Virus record (IMG/VR): IMGVR_UViG_3300020050_009209 | Strand: one strand, 5' to 3' | Length of the DNA: 64,000 nt | DNA from: a virus | Taxonomy: Duplodnaviria > Caudoviricetes | Shown: positions 56,854-64,000 of the stretch, piece after piece | How the letters are laid out: each line of letters starts with the position of its first letter | Position numbering within the stretch: the first letter of the stretch is position 1 | Position numbers and translations under genes: made by a program | Notes under the pieces: model-generated | Told to the model about the DNA's origin: nothing | Database searches by the model: none | Seen by the model: only the letters and a program-made list of their open reading frames with translations

Positions 56854-57253
56854 CTCCTGTGTGGATGACGCAGCACGAGCGTTAATCGACTTTGACAGCG
56901 ATACCTTCTATGGGATGTTAGTTACGTCCTCTTACACTCCAAACAAGGACACCCATACCAAACGTAGTGACATTACAAATGAAGTTGTGGGTACTGGTTA
57001 TACTGCGGGAGGGGCCGTGAGTGCAACTACTGTTACAAAGGACAATGGGACTGACAAGGTTACCATTACATTCGCTTCGATTGTTTGGCCAGCATCAACC
57101 ATTACGGCTCGCGCATGTGTTTTGTACAAGCGACGTGGTGGTGCTGCTTCAGCTGACGAGTTAGTCGCTCATGTTGACTTTGGCAGTGATGTCACATCAA
57201 CCTCTGGTTCATTTACAGTAACGTTCTCAACTCCAATCACCTACCAAAACTGA
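56843..57253 (+). CDS. Phage virion (minor tail-type) protein
   Basis: IDFDSDTF..ML.TSSYTP..DTH....D.TNEV.GTGYTAGG...W..STITAR..V.Y...DFGSD pattern common in phage structural proteins. Confidence 0.7.
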   Translation: MIYNSCVDDAARALIDFDSDTFYGMLVTSSYTPNKDTHTKRSDITNEVVGTGYTAGGAVSATTVTKDNGTDKVTITFASIVWPASTITARACVLYKRRGGAASADELVAHVDFGSDVTSTSGSFTVTFSTPITYQN

Positions 57254-57288
57254 CTCTAAGGCATTCAGCCAACTAGCTAGGACCCACT

Positions 57289-59484
57289 ATGCCAATCATC
57301 TCAGATCCCGACAACCTTTCTCAGGGCGCCAGTACTGTAGCGGCTGCCGTCGTATGGACTGCTGCTGGCGCAGTGGCCACGATCACGTCTGCTGCCACGC
57401 TTCCAGCCATAGCAGCGGGGCAGTACTTTGTAGTTAGAGGTCGCGCTCTCGCTGTCAACAACGGGCTATACAAGGAGTCTGGCGGGGCACCAACGACGAG
57501 CAGCATTATTGCTACAAAGGTCAGCGGAGCGAGCCCTTCAACTGAGGGCAGTGCATCGACGACCTTTTTAGGTACAACTGGTAATCGTCCGAATATCTTC
57601 TACGATACTGCCGGTCGTCTCGTGTACCTGCTTGAGCAGAATGGGCTTGGGTTCGAAGGGGTGCTCGGGCAAACTGTCTACTCGAAGATGATGATTGACT
57701 GGAAGAACGACGCCTTCCTGATTGCCAACGCCCCGTTTCCAATGTTGTGTATCGACGCTTTCGCAGGCAAGTACCTGATTGGGCAGGATGCCTCAGGTAA
57801 TAACAACGGTTGGAACTGGGCAGATAAGACCAGCCCAGCAACGATCCGAACTCGTAAGCTACTTAGGAATATGGGCTGGTCAGAACTTGACGCAAACGGA
57901 GTAACTCTGGCGACTTACGCTGGTATCAAGACTCTAGGTACGTTTGAGGATTCGACGCCATCAACAGGAGATAGAGCATACTATCAGTTCGGGTCTGACA
58001 CGACGGTTGACGACACTGTGGACTTCGACTTTACGGGCCCAGTCAATGAGGCAATCAAGTGCTTCTCTGAGATCGGGAATCCTGCAACATGTACCTTTGC
58101 TACAACTAGTACTATCACTCGTGCATCTGGCTCTTTTATCACAGATGGGTACAAGGTTGGAGGTAAGGTCAGAGTTCGCGTAGCCACAGTGGGAGGCAAC
58201 AATGGAGCATGGACTCTCACTTCGGTAGCTGCACTGACACTGACAGTGTCTGGTACGCCGTTCACGGTAGGTGCCGACGCTGCGGCGCAACTCGGTCCAG
58301 ACAATACTGGAGCGTTGTCTCTTCGGTTGCGAGTGCGAGACGCGGACGCTAAGGGTAAAACCTACGCCGCTGCCAACCTGGCTTCGGGTGGTTTCAGTGC
58401 CCTTGCCAACGCCCTTTTTGCGTTCCCGCTATCAAATGGTGGTGACCAGAAAATTGACGCGACGGACGTAACGATCGATGGCAGTAGTCCGTACACTGGC
58501 ATGTCTCTCACGATTCACCCTACCCCGCAGTCTCTCGGTGGGGGCGGTGTCCTCGTAGGCGGCCCGTTCAACTTCGGGTTCACTCTGAACGCAAACGGAG
58601 GAACCTCCCAACAGCTTCACGAGTGGGTACAGCGACAACTACGGAAGACAACTGACATCGACGCTGACGCCTCTACGGCGATCGGTCGAGAGATCGACGG
58701 CTTAGGTCGCTTTATCGGAGACTCCTATCAGGGGGGTATTGATCTGGCCGGGAACTTCCCGAGCAATCCACAGGGTGGGGGATCTGGTGTCTACATCACC
58801 GGACTTGCAAGCGGCTCGAAGAACTCTACGAGCATGTATGACAACACTGGTACTTCTCGTGGGTACCCGATCGGAACGCCAGTTACGCTTGACTTCAACC
58901 AGACCTTGATTGACGATTCGGTAGCGGCATATACGTTGTTCTTTGATCGTACGATTCGGAACACCATCACGGACCTTGCGATCAACGCTGTATCTGGTTC
59001 AACTGGAACTTTCACTAGTGCTGGTGCTAACCTTCCAGCGTCGTTGAATAGGGGCGTCGGAGCATACATTCGGGTGTATATCAGTCTAGGCCACGCGATG
59101 AATGGTATCTATCAGGTGACGGCTCTTACGAGCACCTCAAGCTGGAACGTTACTCGGTGGGATGGTGCCACGATCGCGACTGTAGCCTCTGGTTCCAAGC
59201 TGATTGACCAGAACTGCATCGATACCCCAGATGCGATCATTGTGAAGAGTGATTCTGGGGCAGATGTGACTGGACTTACTACTGCCGACTTCTCATTTAC
59301 GTTTGACTACTCGAACAATGTTCAAGGGGGGCGGACTGGAGCCACCGATGCAGACGTGGTTGCGAGAGCGATTGGTCAATCAACTGCGCAGTTTGCACAG
59401 AGCACTGTCCAGACTATACAAAGCGCAATTGCTAAGACTATTCCAGTAACGGCTAACATCGAGCGTAACTTCAGCAATCCATAG
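57289..59484 (+). CDS. Virion/tail-associated protein
   Basis: 731 aa, T/G/A-rich; YS...WK.D...PFPM...NGW domain; ends ERNFSNP. Confidence 0.6.
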   Translation: MPIISDPDNLSQGASTVAAAVVWTAAGAVATITSAATLPAIAAGQYFVVRGRALAVNNGLYKESGGAPTTSSIIATKVSGASPSTEGSASTTFLGTTGNRPNIFYDTAGRLVYLLEQNGLGFEGVLGQTVYSKMMIDWKNDAFLIANAPFPMLCIDAFAGKYLIGQDASGNNNGWNWADKTSPATIRTRKLLRNMGWSELDANGVTLATYAGIKTLGTFEDSTPSTGDRAYYQFGSDTTVDDTVDFDFTGPVNEAIKCFSEIGNPATCTFATTSTITRASGSFITDGYKVGGKVRVRVATVGGNNGAWTLTSVAALTLTVSGTPFTVGADAAAQLGPDNTGALSLRLRVRDADAKGKTYAAANLASGGFSALANALFAFPLSNGGDQKIDATDVTIDGSSPYTGMSLTIHPTPQSLGGGGVLVGGPFNFGFTLNANGGTSQQLHEWVQRQLRKTTDIDADASTAIGREIDGLGRFIGDSYQGGIDLAGNFPSNPQGGGSGVYITGLASGSKNSTSMYDNTGTSRGYPIGTPVTLDFNQTLIDDSVAAYTLFFDRTIRNTITDLAINAVSGSTGTFTSAGANLPASLNRGVGAYIRVYISLGHAMNGIYQVTALTSTSSWNVTRWDGATIATVASGSKLIDQNCIDTPDAIIVKSDSGADVTGLTTADFSFTFDYSNNVQGGRTGATDADVVARAIGQSTAQFAQSTVQTIQSAIAKTIPVTANIERNFSNP

Positions 59485-59499
59485 TAACAAGAGCGTTGA

Positions 59500-62400
59500 A
59501 TGGCGACTTATACAATCACGACGCCTGTCAACATTGATACGCTTGCTACCAAGGTTGGGAGCGATACGTACAACATCAACGGTGGGTACCTCACCGTTGA
59601 TCAGGACACGCGATACGGAAAGAATCAGAACACTAGTGCGGCCATGGGTAACCTAACCCTGTCGGCCACACTAGGGGGTACTGTAGAATTCAACTCGACC
59701 CTTGTACGAATCATCCCATACAACACAGGGACTGGGGTTGTGCCTGCGTATGACACGACCATCACTCGTGGCAGCGCAAGCGGTAAGTTGATCGGGGTGT
59801 ACGCGACTCTTGCGTCTGCTCCGACAGCTGTTGCGGCATCTATGCCAGCCTCTGGATTTATCAAGATTCGCCAGTGGAATAGCGTCGCCTATTCCACTGG
59901 TGCGTTGACAGGTATTAGTGCGACAGCCACAGCAGCGGATCGTGCTGGGTGGCTGGAGATCGTGGGCGTAGATGCGCTTACGATGACCTGTAACCGACTC
60001 GGGACCTTCAAGGTTCGTGGCGATTGGTTCGACCTTGGCACCACAGATGGTACGAGAGCGACGACATACCAGATTCCTAGTAATGGTGCCCTAGTATATC
60101 TGCCTGGGGTATGGGTCGAGACTGCGGTAGCCTCAAACTTATATGAATTTTACCCATGTGCAGGGTCGACAACTGCGCTGCTGGCAAACATCGCGACAGA
60201 TGAGGTGCGAGGGAGGTGGTGCTGGATCTCAACAGCAGGGCTGTTGAGATTTGGGCATGATGGTACAAATAGTACTGGGGGGTTCATTCCTGGAAGCGGG
60301 CGAAAGATCCGAATCCCTAGTATTTTCTTCATGTGCTGTACAGCAGCAGGTCCAACAGTCAACGTACTACCTAACGCGACGCTAGCAACGAGAATGGAGT
60401 TTGCGACAACGGGCGGAGGTGTGCTCGACATCCAGAACGCATGTTTCAATTGGTACTTGAATCTCAATCAACCTTACTCGGTAGCACTTACGAACGTTGC
60501 GACGTTCTCGAACTTAACTCTAACCGAGTGTGCAACAGCTATTGCGTGGTCCCACGTTGGAGTAGGACAGGAGGCTCAGACTACGAACTTCGGATTGCTA
60601 ATGAGCCTAAATTTCGCAGGTGGTACAATGTCTAATTGTACGTTCACTCGCGCACTGATGGCCTCATCTGGAAACTACACTACGTCCCAAACTGATATTT
60701 TTGGGTTTGTATGCACTAACGAGCGCATGCACATGATAGGTGGTGCAAGAGGTAACGCCACTACTGGCTCTAAGAATCTTGTGCGAGGGTCGAGTTGTTC
60801 GTGGACGAACACAACACTCACCGGGGGTGGACGCATCTTCCTCACTACATGTACCGATGTTACATACACAAACACCGTATACGCAGATCATCAGGCAACA
60901 ACGACGAACACCACAATCCCTATGTATATATTCGACATGGGAGTCAACTGTCTGCGTGTGGTGATGGACGGGCTCACATTCGGTGGGCTCACGTTAGTGC
61001 AACCCTACAGCGGCATACTCAATATTGTGGCGGCTGGTTGCACAAAGATTAAGCTTAGGAATATAGGCACCTACGCTAGCCCTCTATCTTTAGGGGCCAC
61101 ACGCCAAGACCTTGTGGCCTGGACACGAACCACCACAACGGCCACGGTCACGAAGGTTGCACATGGGCTCAAAGTTAACGATATTGTGTATGTGCCAGTG
61201 TCAAGCGACATCGCAGCCATCGTTGTTGGCGCAAAGACCGTCGCTACTGTGGTATCTGCCGATGTATTTACGTTCGCATGCCTGAGCGCTGGTGGTGCCT
61301 CTGGTACGATATCGTACTACCCAACCATGAGCGCTAACGTGTTTGTGCTAGCCGCAGGAGCTGCGGCGAATGACGTAGCAATTCAGCGAGTTTATACACC
61401 CCACACTCGAACAAACCTTTACACGGCCGATAATAGTTCAAAGAGTATCCGGCTTGAGTCAGTATTTTCTGAATACGTGAACGCGTTCCTTGCGCCTCAG
61501 TTGAATGGGCGTCATCGTGGTGTAACTGGAACCCCACTCCTTACTGCACAGACCTCGGTGTATGGGACAACGTGGCTTGACGGATATGTAGCTGACGTAT
61601 CGCAGAACACGAATGCACAGTCGTGGACAAGATCGTCTACGACCGTGACGGTTACGGCTAACGATCATCGGCTTCGCACAGGCCTATTCATCGTCGTCAC
61701 AACGTCGAGTTCGACGACCCCACTTCCGTTGGGCCAGTACACAGTGACCGTGCTCACCTCGAACACATTCACGATCGTAGGGGTAAACAGCGGAGCGACA
61801 AGTGGTACATTGTCATTCGATCCACTTGTCGGCCGGGTGGCGATCCAAATGAACGAGGCGAGCCCAGACGTGGTAGCCTACACGATTGATGCGGGGGTTG
61901 CAGCATTCACAAGTACAGGTAGCCTCTTCATGCCAAACGTTGGTGATCAAGTGACATTCAACCCCCCTGTTACGTACTCGACTAGAGAGGCGATTCGCGG
62001 GCATGCTAGGTTTCCGATTGCCGAGGCACTTATGGCTGGCGGCACAATCAATAACTATGACATTACGTACTCGCTAGACAAGAATGACGGATCTGGGTAC
62101 GGCACGTTTCACAACCTGCACTATACGAGAGCAGGTGCTGGAGGTTCGTCCGCCTCAACCACTGTGACGATGACCTCTACCACAGGCGTGGAGCCAGGTG
62201 ATTACGTGCGAGGAACTGGCATAGCTCCGAACGCAAAAGTGGTTACAGTCGACAGCGGGACCAATGTGACGGTGGATATTGCAAATACCGCCACAGTATC
62301 TGGCACGCTGCGATTTTTCCATCTCCCATCCGAGACAGGTATAGACGCTTCGATAGGGTTTTTTATCAAGGTTAGGGTCAAGACAACTACGGCCAACGCA

Positions 62401-62739
62401 GCTGCAATCAAATCTCTACTATTCTACACCTTTGCTGACGCTACGGCTAGGGCAGCGCAGTATCAGATGGACTCCGTTGCCATCACGGTAGCCCCGATCG
62501 CAGCTGGGTCTGAGGTGCGTGCCTACCTTGCTGGAACAAATACCGAGGTGGATGGGACAGAAACCAGCACTGGGTCATCCCACACACTACTAGTTCCACC
62601 TAACACATCCCTGGACATACGGGTACATAACTACTCTCCAGTGGCCTATCAGCCAGCCGACTTCTATGCACAGACCTTCGCAAACGATCAGAACTTCAAC
62701 CCAGTCCAGCGACTGGACCTCAATTTCTATAATCCTTGA
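59500..62739 (+). CDS. Tail fibre/adhesin-like protein (1079 aa)
   Basis: Beta-helix-like central region, two WTR...T.TVT...H.L repeats; ends DLNFYNP. Confidence 0.6.
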   Translation: MATYTITTPVNIDTLATKVGSDTYNINGGYLTVDQDTRYGKNQNTSAAMGNLTLSATLGGTVEFNSTLVRIIPYNTGTGVVPAYDTTITRGSASGKLIGVYATLASAPTAVAASMPASGFIKIRQWNSVAYSTGALTGISATATAADRAGWLEIVGVDALTMTCNRLGTFKVRGDWFDLGTTDGTRATTYQIPSNGALVYLPGVWVETAVASNLYEFYPCAGSTTALLANIATDEVRGRWCWISTAGLLRFGHDGTNSTGGFIPGSGRKIRIPSIFFMCCTAAGPTVNVLPNATLATRMEFATTGGGVLDIQNACFNWYLNLNQPYSVALTNVATFSNLTLTECATAIAWSHVGVGQEAQTTNFGLLMSLNFAGGTMSNCTFTRALMASSGNYTTSQTDIFGFVCTNERMHMIGGARGNATTGSKNLVRGSSCSWTNTTLTGGGRIFLTTCTDVTYTNTVYADHQATTTNTTIPMYIFDMGVNCLRVVMDGLTFGGLTLVQPYSGILNIVAAGCTKIKLRNIGTYASPLSLGATRQDLVAWTRTTTTATVTKVAHGLKVNDIVYVPVSSDIAAIVVGAKTVATVVSADVFTFACLSAGGASGTISYYPTMSANVFVLAAGAAANDVAIQRVYTPHTRTNLYTADNSSKSIRLESVFSEYVNAFLAPQLNGRHRGVTGTPLLTAQTSVYGTTWLDGYVADVSQNTNAQSWTRSSTTVTVTANDHRLRTGLFIVVTTSSSTTPLPLGQYTVTVLTSNTFTIVGVNSGATSGTLSFDPLVGRVAIQMNEASPDVVAYTIDAGVAAFTSTGSLFMPNVGDQVTFNPPVTYSTREAIRGHARFPIAEALMAGGTINNYDITYSLDKNDGSGYGTFHNLHYTRAGAGGSSASTTVTMTSTTGVEPGDYVRGTGIAPNAKVVTVDSGTNVTVDIANTATVSGTLRFFHLPSETGIDASIGFFIKVRVKTTTANAAAIKSLLFYTFADATARAAQYQMDSVAITVAPIAAGSEVRAYLAGTNTEVDGTETSTGSSHTLLVPPNTSLDIRVHNYSPVAYQPADFYAQTFANDQNFNPVQRLDLNFYNP

Positions 62740-62742
62740 CCT

Positions 62743-63294
62743 ATGGCCAACATAGTCACATTCGATCCAATCGCGCTTCTAATCGTTGAGATCAACGTTG
62801 GCAGTCCAGCCCAGAATGTTCTTAGCGTTCTAGAGATCTACAGCGAGTGGAAGGACTGGCTACGTACGAACCCTTCTCGCCTTGGTCACCCACAAGCATT
62901 CTCCGTGGTTGGAGGTGACCCAACGATTGGTACACAGTCCCTCGGATCAACATTCTTCCTTGAAAACGGGTGGAGACTTCGACCTGCTGAGTACAGCCAC
63001 AAACTGGCACTAAGTGGAAACATCTTCCCTCGCGGAGGTGGCTCGATATTCGTGCCGACTGTGGGCGCGTTCAACGTCCACACCGAAACACTCGTGTCTA
63101 ACATCATTGACAAGGTGCAGAGCGGTTCTGGACTCGATATGACTCAAAACGAGATGTTGTTGACCCTATACCGCCTCGCTGGACTTGACCCGACCAAACC
63201 GCTCGTTGTCACCAATAACACACGAAGCGCTGGAGCTGGTATATCTCAAACCATCGTTCAAGCCTTAGGGTCCGTCACGGTCACAAGGACCTAA
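62743..63294 (+). CDS. Virion-associated protein
   Basis: IYSEWKDW...AF..VGGDP...FFLENGWR.RP, related to a domain in 57289..59484. Confidence 0.55.
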   Translation: MANIVTFDPIALLIVEINVGSPAQNVLSVLEIYSEWKDWLRTNPSRLGHPQAFSVVGGDPTIGTQSLGSTFFLENGWRLRPAEYSHKLALSGNIFPRGGGSIFVPTVGAFNVHTETLVSNIIDKVQSGSGLDMTQNEMLLTLYRLAGLDPTKPLVVTNNTRSAGAGISQTIVQALGSVTVTRT

Positions 63295-63298
63295 ATTC

Positions 63299-63811
63299 AT
63301 GGCGGACCCTATAAACATTGCGCTTGATGGGTTAGCTCCCCCGTTCACGCCTATTAATGCAGCATCTGCCGGAATGTCCCCCGCAGTTGGAGATGCAGGT
63401 TCTATTGGGGATGTCACGCTAACCACTTGCGCTGGAAGCGCAGTTGGAGATGCAGTCGGGGTAGGTTCTATTGGGGATGTCACGCTAACCACTTGCGCTG
63501 GAAGCGCAGTTGGAGATGCAGTAGATGCCATAGCAACTGGGTCGATTGGGTCGATTGTTGTAGTTTCGATCACTGGGTCTGCTCAAAGTGCCGGTACCGG
63601 TACCTTGGTACCCTCACCTGTTATCTATAGTGGTGGTGATACGTTTAGAGGGGGAGACGGGATCCCACAAAAGACAAACAGAAAGCAGAACCGAAAGCAG
63701 ATCGAGTTGGAGGAGGAGGAGGAGACCGATCGTACATCTTGGCGCCTCAAGTGGCGGACAACGGCAAGGGATGAGTACGTAAAACTACTGCGACAACGTC
63801 GTGCGGCATGA
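63299..63811 (+). CDS. Hypothetical protein with internal repeat and charged tail
   Basis: GSIGDVTLTTCAGSAVGDAV x2; RKQ/EEEEE tail. Confidence 0.5.
   Translation: MADPINIALDGLAPPFTPINAASAGMSPAVGDAGSIGDVTLTTCAGSAVGDAVGVGSIGDVTLTTCAGSAVGDAVDAIATGSIGSIVVVSITGSAQSAGTGTLVPSPVIYSGGDTFRGGDGIPQKTNRKQNRKQIELEEEEETDRTSWRLKWRTTARDEYVKLLRQRRAA
63397..63522 (+). repeat. Two perfect 60-bp copies at 66-bp period (in-frame)
   Basis: 63397-63456 is identical to 63463-63522. Confidence 0.9.
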
Positions 63812-63863
63812 AAAAACTTCGCGGCTGGGTTAAGGATCTCCCATGGCTTACGTAGGATGAAGC

Positions 63864-64000
63864 ATGAAAAAGAGTCTTGCTCAGCAGAACCTTGACGTGT
63901 ACTTCCGCACCACCAAGGCCCCAGGTCCTCTTGAGGGGGCAGCGGTAGGTGATAAAGTCTCCTACACCCGCTACTTTCTCAAGCAACTCTGTGTTGGAGC
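63864..64000 (+). CDS. Partial ORF running off the window end
   Basis: ATG 63864, MKKSLAQQNLDVYFRTT..., open to 64000. Confidence 0.35.
   Translation, partial: MKKSLAQQNLDVYFRTTKAPGPLEGAAVGDKVSYTRYFLKQLCVG

Noticed and set aside
63383-63522. CRISPR array or DGR template/variable repeat
   Set aside because: Identical in-frame copies with no unique spacers, no adenine-specific mismatches and no reverse transcriptase in the window.
355-63986. Minus-strand and nested ORFs in the six-frame track
   Set aside because: Nearly all are shadows of long + strand genes and carry no recognisable motifs.
1-64000. Stop-codon reassignment
   Set aside because: Long ORFs are intact in the standard code, and TAA, TAG and TGA all terminate genes at tight junctions.
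1-64000. tRNA, rRNA or structured ncRNA genes
   Set aside because: Intergenic gaps are short and none showed a cloverleaf or other recognisable RNA; not excluded without a scan.

Overview
A 64 kb segment of a large (probably jumbo) tailed dsDNA phage genome. Genes are densely packed, every credible gene is on the + strand, and the genetic code is standard. Layout: (1) about 1-22.9 kb, virion/tail/baseplate genes, including a 2283-aa fibre/spike and two paralogous large tail proteins, each directly preceded by a free-standing homing endonuclease (double HNH; GIY-YIG). (2) About 22.9-27.6 kb, holin-like and membrane genes, a frameshifted gene, a J-domain protein and a zincin. (3) About 27.6-39.2 kb, replication genes: SNF2 helicase with intein, a degenerate DnaC-like loader, DnaB, a stand-alone primase Zn-finger and family A DNA polymerase with intein. 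(4) About 39.3-55.7 kb, a DUF2997/DUF1257/Ycf46-like AAA module, nucleotide metabolism genes (5'-nucleotidase, ThyA, DHFR), a nitrilase, ClpX, two more zincins, a receiver-like protein and a second J-domain protein. (5) About 56.8-63.8 kb, a second tail-fibre-like cassette. Three observations stand out. First, a dispersed set of unrelated proteins (3 zincins, 2 J-domain proteins, an acidic protein, a micropeptide) share an N-terminal [RNS][VI][VA][AS][RK][YF] tag, and two of them share an upstream motif with a structural gene; this is a candidate virion-cargo addressing system. Second, a whole HNH homing endonuclease sits in-frame in ThyA with no visible intein or intron signals. Third, two distinct upstream motifs appear to mark two gene classes. 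All family calls come from motif recognition by eye, not database searches.
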